From the NCBI RefSeq assembly GCF_963921235.1, contig NC_086097.1, positions 62,250,001-62,314,000 of the forward strand: a DNA stretch of 64,000 nt, written 5' to 3'. Shown here piece by piece: positions 38,273 through 50,205 of the stretch. Each line of letters begins with the position of its first letter. Position 1 is the first letter of the stretch. This DNA is from Mobula hypostoma (lineage: Eukaryota). The position numbers and the translations under genes were made by a program. A model generated the notes under the pieces. The model was not told where the DNA came from and did no database searches. It saw only the letters and a program-made list of their open reading frames with translations.

Positions 38273-39521
38273 AAATCCTAAAGTCAACCCATAACAAGGA
38301 GGATTGACAATAGGCGCGACCCACAAACCCGGAGAGGAAACAGAACATACAAAAGATACCGGGGAAAAGGACGCAACCAATACTTCAATAATGTATATAG
38401 CCCAAAGAGAAACAAACTAAAACGTGAAGCCCCTCCCACCACCCCCCACCCCAAGACCTCAAGGCGAAATCTAAAGCAGACCCGCCAGAAAGAAGCAAGC
38501 GCTAAAACTACCCCCATGACTTCCGGTATACGCTCCCTAAAAAAAAGGTATAAATATGAAAAGGATCAGCTAATTGTAAAACAGTAAAAAAATAAGTAAA
38601 AAAAAGTTAGCTCAATTAAAATACACACAGAACAGAACAAAAGCCGGAAAGTATATATTAAAAAAAAACCACAATAAACCTCAAACTCATGAATAGACAC
38701 AGCAACAAAAAAAATAGGATTATTAACATAAAATGATTATAAAAAGCAAAACAGAATAAAATTTAAAAAAAAACTACAAAATTTAAGGCCGCACAGGAAA
38801 TACGTAAGATGACAAAAGGGAAGTAACCACCCAGAATCCCCTGGGAAAAGAAAGAAATGACGCAGTTAAAAAGAAAGTTTAGCAGCCATATTAAGAAATC
38901 GAAAGTAAACTTTTCTGCCCAAATAGGGCACAGAAAAGTTAAAACCAACCAATTCACAGCCTCCGATCAACGGAGAAAATTAAAAAAAGGCAATTAAGAT
39001 GTTGAAGATGAAAGTTGATCCAGATAACTCTGGGCATCCGATAATCAAAAAAACGAAGGGCTCCATCTAACATGCGAATCCTTAGACGTGCAGGGTACAG
39101 CAGCGCTGGTCTTAAATCCATCTTATAGAATTCCGACATCACGGATCTGTAACGGACCCGTTGGTCCCAGATTGGTTTACTGAAATCTTCCACGAATCGG
39201 AACTTAAGATCCGAAAAATCAATGAAACCTTTAGATCGAGCGAATCGAAACAGTCTCTCCTTGTCTTGAAAGTAATGAAAACGTAAGATAACATGCCTAG
39301 GTCTATCTGACCTAGACGAGTATGATGGGATTCTGTGAACACGATCCAGTAGCGGTGGTTGGTCAGGAAATACAGTAGGGAATGCATCTTTTAAAAGTTG
39401 GGAGAAATATTTCATAGGGTTGTTAGCTTCCACGGCTTCCCTGACGCCAATCATTCGTAAATTCTGCCGTCGCATTCTAGATTCCAAGTCAGAGTTTTTA
39501 AAAGTCAAAAAGTCAAGTTTT
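36744..39521 (-). mobile_element. L1-clade LINE fragment truncated at both ends (partial ORF1, spacer, ORF2 endonuclease to start of RT)
   Basis: ORF1 DLESRMRRQNLRMIGVRE, DRVHR, PRHVILRF, LLYPARLRI; ORF2 from ATG 38272: VSWNTNGLN, LQETH, NVYAPN, GGDLN, SRIDYF, SDHAP, KAPGPDGF. Confidence 0.95.
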
Positions 39522-39809
39522 TGAAGAATTATTTAAGAGATTTTATTTATTTTATTATTTTTCTTTCTATCTCATTTTCCTTTCTCTATTAATGCAGTCA
39601 GTATTTTCCCAACTAATTTCTCTTTCTGTGCCTAATCTAACCTTTAATTTACCCATTTTACTCATGTACTTTCTTCTGTTTATTCATCATTCCTTTGATC
39701 TCATAAATAGAGGCAAGATATGTGTGATTGCCCCATTGGTCTCTATGATGTTCAATGGTCTGAAGCTGTCTATATTATCACCAGCCTGAAAAAAAGACCT
39801 TGAAATCTA
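39522..39809. repeat. 288-bp direct duplication, right copy
   Basis: Matches 36456-36743. Confidence 0.95.
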
Positions 39810-40054
39810 AACATGCACTAATATGGTCGACTTGCCTAGGGGAGCTCCAATTAAGAAGGTCAACAACATTCAGCTAAAGTAAAGCAGCTGAATTTATTAG
39901 AATCGCAACTACCTATGAAAATAATTACTCTTTTTACAATTGATTTTACCAAACAATCTTCAAAAGAAGCTAACAAATTCACACTCTTAACTAAGTTAAT
40001 GGGAACACTCACCTGCAAATTCCCCCTTCAGATTCCTACAATAAAGGATAGTTT

Positions 40055-40310
40055 TGGTGTTGGGGAGGAGGATCAGTGGTGGTGGAGGGGTGCCATTTGG
40101 TGGTGGAGGTTGGCAAGGTTGTGGTGGTGGGGTGAGGGGATGTGAATGTCAGTGTGGGTGGGGGTTGTATTGGGGGAGGGATTAAGGTGATGGGGAGTGT
40201 GGTGGTGACGGTGGTAAGACTAGTTGTATCGGTTGTTTGGAGCGTTGGTAGTGGTGGTCAGAGGATGGGTGTGGAGTGGAGGGGGTTACTGGTGGTGGTG
40301 GTAGTGTTTG
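40055..40310. repeat. G/T-rich low-complexity tract (GGT-like)
   Basis: Visible GGTGGTGG and GGGG runs. Confidence 0.7.
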
Positions 40311-40535
40311 TGCTTGGCAATGCCACAAACCCCACTGTATAAAAGGAGATTGAAGGAACAGCACATGCTCAGTACATTAAAATTTGTCTTTACAGTGTGG
40401 TCATGCTGCGAAAATGTTAAATATCTGAAAGTAGAAAAAGCAGGAAATTTAATATTAGGATCTGCTGTTTGCCGATTCATAAAATCTGATCATCAAGCTC
40501 CTAAATTCATCACTGCAAACAAATAAAGCAGATTA

Positions 40536-40662
40536 GCAAATATGAGGAGCTAGTCCTGACAAAGGGTCGTGGCCTGAAACGTCGACTGTACCTCTTCCTA
40601 GAGCCGCTGCCTGGCCTGCTGCGTTCACCAGCAATTTTGATGTGTGTTGCTTGAATTTCCAG
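40536..40662 (+). mobile_element. Penelope pseudo-LTR fragment with hammerhead-like motif
   Basis: GTCCTGACAAAGGGTCGTGGCCTGAAACGTCGAC; 16-bp TSD CAAATAAAGCAGATTA (40520-40535 / 40663-40678). Confidence 0.82.
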
Positions 40663-41463
40663 CAAATAAAGCAGATTAATTTTTTTACAGTTCAAATATT
40701 TATGCTTCCTTTCAGAGAACTATCTTTTCCCAGTCCCCAATTCAGGAAAATGGACACATTTCTTCTTCCATCTACCTTCAGTAGCAACTGTACATAGAAG
40801 CATTAACTTTATCTCAGAATCCTTCTTATCTGGCCATGGGGAAGTTGGGGCAAGGATGATAAGTCAAAGAATCCTACAGTCCATTGTGTTTGTAACAAAA
40901 TCAAAGTAGGTGCCAGTAAGGAGAGTGCTCGGGCCCATGCTAGTGTCTGGTTGCCCTGTCCTTACTTCAGATTTGTTGTCAAAGCTACCTTAACCTTTGT
41001 AGCCTGAAAAACAGTAAGAAGTACCAGGGCACGAAAACAAATTGTTGGAAGCAGTCAGTAGGTCAACCGGCATCCACCAAGGCAAAAGCATGTTTGACAT
41101 TCAGCTGAGGTAGTGCCCTCTCAGTCCTAATGCAGGATCTTGAACTAAAATGGCAACTGTCCATTTGCCTCTACAGATCCTGCTGACCTGTTGACTTCTT
41201 CAACAGTTTACATTTTTCTCCTGATTCTAGTCTCTTGTGTCTCCATTATCTGAATATATTGGGTTTCAATGAGCCACAGTAGTTTGGGATATTTGGGTGC
41301 AATTACCTCAGCTGAATGTCAAACATCCCTGTGAACAAATTAATGGATCACAGTAGATGACTGTGCTCACAATCTATCACCGTATCTGACTTTCTCTATC
41401 TATACTGACAATTGTTATGTCATCTATTCATTGTTTACTGGAGTCTGACAAGATGGTTCAGTT

Positions 41464-41655
41464 ACAGACAAGAGATAATCTGCAGATGCTGGAAATCCGA
41501 GCAGCACACACAAGGTGCTGGAGGATCTCAGCAGGTCAGGCAGCATCCAGGAAAAGAGTACAGACGGCCATCAGTGTCCTGCCGAAGGGCTTCAGCCCAA
41601 AACATCAACATCACCTCTTTTCCAAGGTGCCGCCTGGCCTGCTGAGTTCCTCCAG
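41464..41655. mobile_element. Penelope-derived hairpin mini-element
   Basis: Same layout as 34085-34280; 15-bp TSD CAAGATGGYTCAGTT (41449-41463 / 41656-41670). Confidence 0.75.
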
Positions 41656-41892
41656 CAAGATGGCTCAGTTGTTTGAGTTCTAGTTACAGTATATTAGCAC
41701 ACAGATCTACGCAGACAGTCAGGAATGTTAAACATTTAAATCACTATCTACAAATAATTTGCACCAAAAATTCTGAAGATAAAGCTTTTCTTAGGTGGCA
41801 GCACAAATCACATGAGAGTAAATCGGAAATTTATTTTGCAGTCTTACCTGTTATTTCTTTCCCCATTGACAGGAGCATACTATTGGCTATTT

Positions 41893-44800
41893 AGACATTA
41901 TAACCATAAGGTATGGAAGCAGAAGTAGGCCATTCGGCCCATTGAGTCTGCTCCACCATTCAATCATGGTCTCATCCAATTCTTCCAGTCATCCCCACTC
42001 TCCTGCCTTTACCCCATACCCTTTCATGCCCTGGCTAATGAAGAACCTATCTATCTCTGCCTTAAATGCACCCAATGAGTTAGCCTCCACAGCCGCTCGT
42101 GGCAACAAATTCCACAGATTTACCACCCTCTGACTAAAGTAATTTCTCCGCATCTCAGTTCTAAATGGACGTCCTTCAATCCTAAAGTCGTGCCCTCTTG
42201 TCCTAGAATCCCCTGCCATGGAAAACAACTTAGCCATATCTAATCTGTTCAGGTCTCTTAACATTCAGAATGTTTCTATGTGATCCCCATTCATTCTTCT
42301 GAACTCCAGAGAATACAGCCCAAGAGCTGCCAGACGTTCCTCATACAATAACCCTTTCACTCCTGGAATCATTCTTGTGAATCTTCACTGAACCCTCTCC
42401 AATGTCAGTATATCCTTTCTAAAATAAGGAGCCCAAAACTGCACATAATACTCTAAGTGTGGTCTCACGAGTGCCTTATAGGGCCTCAACATCACATCCC
42501 TGATCTTATATTCTATACCTCTAGAAATGAATGCCAACATTGCGTTCACCTTCTTCACGACCAACTCAACTTGGAGGTTAACTTTTAGGGTCTTGTACAA
42601 GGACTCCCAAGTCCCTTTACATCTCTGCATTTGAACTCTCTCCCCATCTGAATTATAGTCTGCCCATTTATTTCTTCCACCAAAGTGCACGACCATGCAC
42701 TTTCCAACATTGTATTTCATTTGTCACTTCTTTGCCCATTTCCATGGAGGAGGAGAAGATGGCGGTGTGACGCAACAACCACTCCAGTGAATGATGTCTG
42801 TTATTTGTCAAGTAGGGTGCCATGCACAATCCTGATTTGATGGAGACAGATGTGACAGTACGGAGGAACATCTGGAGGAACTTCTAAAATGCCTTCTTCG
42901 CTGCCGCTGTTACTATGTGATCTAGAATCTCCGGAGAAGAAGGTCCTGAGTCCTCGGCTTTGCTTGTTGCTCGGCGGGTGGTGTGCAGTCGAAGTGCTCG
43001 GCAGAGATGGTGCTCGGTGCTCGGTGTTGGAGGGCTGGTCAGAGGCTCGAAGTTTTCGGATGGACTTAGAGTCAGCTGTGGTCGGGTGCTTCCAATGCAT
43101 TGGCAGTTGTCGGCACTTGGAGGTTTATGGCAGGGAGAGTTTCTCCCTTTTGCCGCCTGCTATCGGGATATCGGGAGTCGATCGGTACTTTGAGACTTTT
43201 TTTACCGTGCCCATGGACTGCTCTCTATCAAATTATGGTATTGCTTTGCACTGTTGTAACTATACGTTATATTATGTGGTCTTGTCAATGTTAGTCTTTG
43301 GTTTGTCCTTTTTTTGTGATATCACTCTGGAGGAGCATTGTATCATTTCTTAATGCATGCATTTCTAAATGACAATAAACGAGGACTGAGTGTCCTCGTA
43401 ACCTAATCTAATCTAATTCCCCCAAACTATTTAAGTCCCTCTGCAGGCTCTCTGTTTCCTCAACACTACCCACTCCTACACCTATCTTTGTATCATCGGC
43501 AAATGTAGCTGCAAATCCATTAATCCCATAGTCCAAATGATATACGTCGTAAAAAGCAGTGGTCCCAACACCAACCCCCATGGAACTCCAGTGGTAACCG
43601 GCAGCCAGCCAGAATAGGATCCCTTTATTCCCACTCTCTGTTTTCTGCTGACCTGCCAATGCTCCACCCATGCTAGTAATTCCATGGGCTCTTATCTCGT
43701 TAAACAGCCTCATGTGCGGCGCCTTGTCAAAGCCTCTGAAAATACAAGTCCACCACGTCTACTGCATCTCCTTTGTCTACCCTGCTTGTAATTTCCTCAA
43801 AAAATTGCACTAGGTTTGTCAGGCGGGATTTTCCTTTCAGGAAACCACGCAGGCTTTGGCCTATCTTGTCATGTGCCTCCCGGTACCTCGTAATCTCATC
43901 CCTAACAATTGATTCCAACAACTTCCCAAGCTCTGATGTCAGGCTAACAGGTCAATAGTTTCCTTTCTGCTGCCTCCCACCCTTCTTAAATAACAGAGTA
44001 ACATTTACAATTTTCCAGTCATCCGGTACAATGCCAGAAACTATTGATTCTTGAAAGAACATTGTTAATGCCTCCATGATCTCTCCAGCTACTTCCTTCA
44101 GAACTCAAGGGTGTATTCCATCAGATCCAGGAGATTTATCCACCCTCAGACCATTAAGCTTCCTGAGTGCCTTCCTGGTCATAATTTTCACTGCACAAAC
44201 TTCACTTCCCTGACACTCTTGAATATCTGGTATACTACAGGTGTCTTCCACTGTGAAGACTGATGCAAAATACGCATCGACTTCCTCTGCCATCTCTTCA
44301 TCTCGCATTACAATATCTTCAGCGTCATTTTGCATTGGTCCTATATCTACTCGCAACTCTCTTTTACCCCTTATATTATGAAAAAAGCTTTTATTATCTT
44401 CCTTGATATTAGTCACCAGCTTCCTTTCATAATTCATCTTTTCCTTCCCAATGACCTTCTTAGTTTCCTTCTGCAAGTTTTTAAAAACTTCCAAATCCTG
44501 TATCTTCCCACTAGCTCTGGCTTCCTTGTATGCCCTTTCTTTCGCTTTTACTTTGGCTGTGACTTCACTTGTCAGCCACGGTAGTGTCCTTCTTCCCTTT
44601 GAAAATTTCTTCTTATTTGGAATATATCTGTCTTGCACTTCCCTCATTTTTCGCAGAAACTCCAGACATTGCTGTTCTGCTGTACTTCCTGCAAATGACC
44701 CTTTTCAATCAACTTCGGTCAGTTCCCCTCTCATGCCATTGTAATTTCCTTTATTCCACTGAAATGCCAACACATTGGATTTTATTTTTTCTTTCTCAAA

Positions 44801-45358
44801 TTTCAATGTGAACTTGATTATACAGCATTCTGATCACTGTTCCCTAAGGGTTCCTAAACCTTACACTCTCTTATCACCCCTGGATCATTCCACAACATTC
44901 AATCCAGCACAGCCAATCCCCTAGTGGGCTCAACAACAAGCTATTCTAAAAAGCCATCCCTTAGACATTCTACAAATTCTCGCTCTTGAGGTCCAATACT
45001 GACCTGGTTTTCCCAATCCGCTTTCATGTTAAAATCTCCAAATTTATCATGACATTGCCTTTCTTACATGTCATTTCTATCTCCTGCTGTAATTTGTAAT
45101 CCACATCCCAGCTGCTGTTTAGAGGCCTGTATACAACTGCCATTAGGGTCTTTTTACCCTTGCCATTTCTTAACTCAACCAATAGAGACTCTACACCTTC
45201 CAATCCTATGTCATCTCTTTCTAATGATTTAATATTATTTCTTATACACAGGGCTACACCACCCCCTCTGCCTACTAACCTAACTTTCTGGTGCACCATA
45301 TATCCCTGCACGTTCAGCTCCCAATGGCAGCCATCCTTTAGCCAGATTTCAGAGATGG
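41893..45358 (-). mobile_element. CR1 LINE ORF2 (endonuclease to 3' end), decayed
   Basis: ORF fragments 45024-45311, 44105-44647 (KSPGSDGIHP), 43727-43921, 43408-43713 (FADDTKIG), 42385-42720, 41989-42264. Confidence 0.92.
42743..43415 (+). mobile_element. Non-autonomous non-LTR element, same family as 29003-29700
   Basis: GGAGGAGAAGATGGCG start, (AATCT)n tail, interrupts CR1 RT. Confidence 0.8.
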
Positions 45359-45399
45359 CCAGATGTATTTACTATCGCCGTTTAAGAAATACTTGACAC

Positions 45400-46190
45400 T
45401 CACAGAGTCATAGAATTATGCAGTGGGGAAATCGACGTTTCAGCCCAACTTATCAGTGCTAACCAAGATGCCAACAAAAACAAGTCCTGCCACACCTTTG
45501 TTCCATATCATTCAAAGGCTTCAAAGATACGTCTAATGTCAGAGAAATGTATACAATATACATTCTGAAATGCTTTTTCTTCACAACCATCCACGAAAAA
45601 AGAGGAGTTCCCCCTAAAGAATGAATGAACGTTAAATGTTAGAACCCCACAGCCCCCTCCAGCTCCCCCCTCCCACGTGTGAGCAGCAGCAAAGAAACAA
45701 TCCCCCCTCCCCCACCAACAAAAAAAAACATTGTCACCCACCACTGAGCAGCAAAGCAACACCAAAGACACAGACTTGCAGTACCCCCAAAACTACTCTT
45801 TCACCCAGTATTCAACATACCACAGGCTCTCTCTCTCGCCCTGAAAGGGAGAAATAGAGATATTAAAGATGGAAATATAGCTGTTTCTGAAAATGCAAAC
45901 AAAGAAGTCACTATTAGGCTCCATTGTCTCTGAAGCTTTCCTATTCACAGACCTGTCTAAATGTTTTTTACATATTGCCAATGTATTCATGTCTACAATT
46001 TATATTGGTAGCTTGTTCCACATACACACCACCCTCTGTGTGAAGAAACCTGCCCCTTAGGTCATCATTAAATCTTTCTCCTCATATCTCAAACAACTGT
46101 TCTCTAGTTTTAGGTTCCAATGCCATGGGAAAAAAACACTGTCACTGTTCATCTTATCTATGCCCCTTGTGATTATATAAACCTCTATAC
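45400..46190 (-). mobile_element. CR1 3' fragment interrupted by a deleted copy (about 45510-45930) of the 10029-10846 family
   Basis: FFTQRVVCIWNKL motif on the minus strand; shared sequence with 10029-10846. Confidence 0.65.
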
Positions 46191-46282
46191 CATCACTGTG
46201 ATAGCCTCTAGTATTATTTGTCTGTCATTCTTAATAGATAAAGTTATGAAATAGTATTATCTGTCTGTCATTCTTAACTTAT

Positions 46283-46535
46283 GACTGTTTGAAGTAGCAA
46301 GTGAGAAAGTGACATCTTGCAGGGTGGGAGCCATCTGAAAACTGCAAACCCCACCGGGAGCCAGTCACTGTTTCAAGTAGCAAGTGAGACAGCAACCTTT
46401 TGCAGGGTGGGGGCTATTTGAAAACTGCAAGTCTCGTTGGGAGTGAGTCACTGAAGTAGCGAGTGACAAAGCGATATATTGCAGGATGGAAGCCATTTGA
46501 CTACAAGTCTCATCGGGTCTGAGTCACTGCTTGAG
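46283..46535 (+). repeat. About 83-bp tandem repeat, 3 diverged units, upstream of CR1 ORF1
   Basis: Recurring ACTG...AAGTAGCAAGTGAG...TGCAGGGTGGG...AAAACTGCAA units starting near 46283, 46366 and 46449. Confidence 0.75.
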
Positions 46536-46539
46536 CCCA

Positions 46540-48600
46540 TAAAAAGAAATGAGGTGTCAGTAGAGTAGCCATTGTTGGAGCAGGGCAGTGCCAGGGTGGC
46601 CCAGTTTTAGCTCAACAGGCTTGGGCAGGTATAGACGCAGGCTCTAAGTAAGTTTCCAGTGATTTTTTTAAAAACTCTGATAGTACATAGTTAATGCAAT
46701 GAGAAATGGTCCATAATTATTGGCATGTTTCCAGTTATTGGCATGTCCCTTGAGTGAGATGTGGAAATTTTGGGAGACCTCTAGTCTCCCTTATAATTAC
46801 ATCTGCACGAAGTGCATTGAACTGCAGATCCTTGGGGAAACTGTGTTAAGGAACTGGTGCTGCAGCTCGATGACCTTCAGCTCATATGGGAGAATGAGGA
46901 GGGGATAACTAGGAGCTAGAGGGAAATTTTTAGCTGAGTGACTGTCAGGAGAGGGAAAGGGAAAAGGTAGCCAGTGCAGAATACCTCTGTGGCCATTTCT
47001 CTCAATACCTCTATGGATACTGCTGGGGCAGGGGGAAGGTCCTTCTGGGGAGAAGTTGCATAGAAGTCCCAACTAGAGAGAGTGCAATACTACATCTATT
47101 AGGGAAGAGACAGGACAGATGATGGAAGGTATAGAGGAACACTTTGCACCTAGTGATCATAGAAATTCAGAGATTCAAAGAAATAACGGAAAAGGATGGT
47201 TCTGGTTCTTGGGTTGAAATTCTAAATTAGAGAAAGGCCAATTTAGATGGTATCAGAATGGATCTGTCAATTGTGGATTGGGATAATTTGCTTTCTGGCA
47301 AAGGTGCACTTGGTAAACGGAAGGCCTTCACAATTGAAATGCTGAGAGTACAGTATGTATGTTCCTGTCAGATTAAAAGGCAGTTGTACATGAACGTGGA
47401 GTTGTCTACATGAATGTTAGCAAGGCATATGACAAGGTCCTGCATGGGCAGTAGCTTAAGAAGGTTCAGTCACTTGACATTCAAGATGAAGAAGTAAATT
47501 GGATTAGACATTGGTTCAGAGGAGAAGCCAGAGACCCTCCCTGCCTGTGATTAGTGGTGTACCACAGGGAATGGTGCTGCATCCATTGCTGTTTGTCATC
47601 TGTATCAATTGGATGATAGTGGGGTAAACTGGATCAGCAAATTTGTGGATGGCACCAAGTTTGTGGGTGTAGTGAATAGTGAAGAAGACTATTAAAACTG
47701 GAAAAATGAGCTATAAAATAGTAGATAGAATTTAGTATAGAGAAGTATGAGGTGGGGCAAATTGGGAGGACCAACCCAGGGCAGGTCTTACACAGAGAAC
47801 AGTAGGACACTTAGGAGTACAATAGAATAGAGTGCAGTAGATCTAGGAATACTGGTCCATAATTCTTTGAAAGTAGTATCATGGTAAATAGGGTCATAAA
47901 GTAAGTTTTTGGTAGAGCAGTTCCAGAGACAGGGTTGGAAGCTTGAAGTCTGGAGGTTTGGTAAGTCTGCAAAGCCTACTCTCTCCTTGGCATAAGAGGG
48001 GCTGCAAAGAGAAGAGCCATCAGGACTGTCGCAGAGGCTGCTGAGTGAGCCTACAGATGGCTATGGATCACGAGGTGTTCCCTATGGAACAGTGCTGCTG
48101 GGACATTAGCTGGGGACTGATCGACCCTCATGGGTCACCTGCGTGAAGGTGTCTGATGATGAGAGACCCGAAACACCTGATGACTCCAAGTTACATCTCT
48201 GATGATGTGTCCCAGTGCATTCTAAGCTGCATCTCAGTATCAGATATTATGTTGAAATTATACAGGCTGTTGGTGAGGCATAATCTGGAGTATTGTGTGC
48301 AGTTTTGGTCACCTATATGCAAGAAAGTAGTAAATAAGATTGAAAAACTACAAGGATGTTGTTGGGACTGTAGGACGTGAGTTATAGGGAAAGGTTGAGT
48401 AGATTAAGATTTCATTCCCTAGAATGTATTAGATTGAGGGGAGATTTGATAGAGGTATTATAAGGGGTATAGATAGGGTAAATGTAAGTAGGCTTTTCCA
48501 ATGAGATTGGGTGAGATTACAGATAAAGCTCATGGGTTAATGGTGAAAGGTGAAATGTTTAAGTGGAACAAGCATGAGGGAGAGCTTCTTCACTCAGAGT
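46540..48600 (+). mobile_element. Internally deleted CR1 (ORF1 start, RT, near 3' end)
   Basis: ORF 46720-46908 (MWKFWETSSLPYNYICTKCIELQ), SGVPQGMVL and LVRHNLEYCVQFWSP motifs. Confidence 0.8.
47912..48237 (+). mobile_element. Restriction-like-endonuclease non-LTR element (Hero-like) 3' end
   Basis: VEQFQRQGWK...CKAYSLLGIRGAAKRRAIRTVAEAAE*AYRWLWI resembles the Hero C-terminus; inserted in CR1. Confidence 0.6.
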
Positions 48601-48739
48601 AGGGATCCCTGAGTAGCTGGCCTCCTCTCAAAATCAGAATCAGGTTTAGTCAGTGATCTGAAAGGTCCATTTCTGTTTCACCTCTACAGACATAGCTTGG
48701 CTGGGTGAGTTCTGAACCAAGAAGGATAAAATGAAGTTC

Positions 48740-49035
48740 AGTTATGTAGTCATGAGTTCAGAGGGGCAGGAGTAGGCTGAAACGATGGGCCTATCCAGAC
48801 AGTCAGTTTTGTAGATCTTCGACAGGAGGTAGAAATGAGTAGTGTGGGATAAGGGAACAATGAGGTTGGTGGCAATGGATGAGAGATCACCAGAGATAAT
48901 GAAATTGGAGATGATGTAGGAGACAATGGCTTGATGTTCCATAGCGGCGTCCTTTTCAAGGGGTATGTAAGAAGAGGAGCCTGTGTGTTGCTGCCTAGCC
49001 TCAGCAAGGTAGAGGTCAATTCACCAGACTACAAC
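48740..49035 (-). mobile_element. Penelope RT fragment
   Basis: ORF 48742-48942 HFYLLSKIYKTDCLDRPIVSAYSCPSE, cf. Penelope FYxLPKIHK...RPIVS. Confidence 0.8.
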
Positions 49036-49039
49036 ATGG

Positions 49040-49345
49040 TAATATACTGATCAGTGCAATCATATTACAGCGCCAACAATCACTGATCGGTGTTCAATCC
49101 CACCACTGTCTGTAATGAGTTTGCATGTTCTCCCCTGTGGTGCTCTAGTTTCGTCCCACATTGCAAAGATGTATGGGTTAGAGTTAATCAATTGTAGGCA
49201 TGCCATGTTAGCACCAGAAATGTGGCAACACTTGTGGTCCATCGCTACCAGCACATCTTGGACTGTGTTGGTTGTTGACGCATAAACACACATTTCACTA
49301 TATTTCAATCTTTCAATGTACATGTAACAAATCAAGCTCATGTTT
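49040..49345 (+). mobile_element. tRNA-derived SINE (V-SINE-like)
   Basis: B-box-like GTTCAATCCC followed by GAGTTTGCATGTTCTCCCC core; similar to 57315-57600 and 63250-63540. Confidence 0.65.
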
Positions 49346-49992
49346 GATCTTTCTTTCAGCATTCCTCTTTTGGTTCAGATTCCAACATTTACACTTGTGT
49401 TTTCTTTTCTTTCGTGTTCCTTCACAAATGTTGCTTAACCTGAGAGTATCCCAGCATTTCTGTTTTAGGACCTGTGGCCTGGTCAAAGTATTAAAAACTG
49501 TATGTTTCATTCTTACTTCTGATTCTTTGTACCATGAACCTCACAACATTGATTTCCAATCAGTCCTCCTACTGTGCAATTGAGGGAATAACTTTGACAG
49601 GGTCACATGCTTTTATTGAACTGCTGCTGACATGAGCAACAGCTAAAGTTAAAATTAATACTGATCTTATATAGCAACCTGTCTATCACAAATTCATTGT
49701 AAAGAAAGCAAATATTTGCATGCTCGTCCCTGCTACTGATCTATAAGAGTGTGAATATGTAACATCTCAGAATTATTTTAACAGGAGGTGACAGTGCACA
49801 CAAAGCAGCAGACCACTCAATGTCATTTGATAGGAGGTAAATGACCGACTGTATTGCTGTCAGAACACATTGTTTCACAGCATGGCAAATTTAATCTGTA
49901 TAACATGTAACTCCTTGGATAAGCACCTACTGAGGTGGACTTCCACAATATATATCATGACACTATACTCTGCCCAGTATAGTGACTTGTCT

Positions 49993-50205
49993 GCTCAGGG
50001 AAGCAGTTGAGGCTTCTTCACTAAATATATCTAAGATACAGTTAGATAAATTTTTACATAGTAGGGGAATTAAGGGTTATGGGGAAAAGGCAGGTAGGTG
50101 GAGCTGAGTTTATGGACAGATCAGCCATGATCTTATTGAATGGCGGGGCAGGTTCGATGGGCCAGATGGCCTACTCCTGCTACTATTTCTTATGTTCTTA
50201 TGTTC
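49993..50205 (+). mobile_element. CR1 3' end with (TTCTTATG)n tail
   Basis: Near-identical to 26760-26975. Confidence 0.85.

Noticed and set aside
36456..39809. 288-bp repeats as LTRs of a new element
   Set aside because: No TG...CA pair, PBS, PPT or outer TSD; better explained as duplicated target DNA
48148..48178. CTGATGA...GAAAC as a hammerhead in the Hero-like 3' UTR
   Set aside because: No pairing stem II and no properly placed NUH site with stem I
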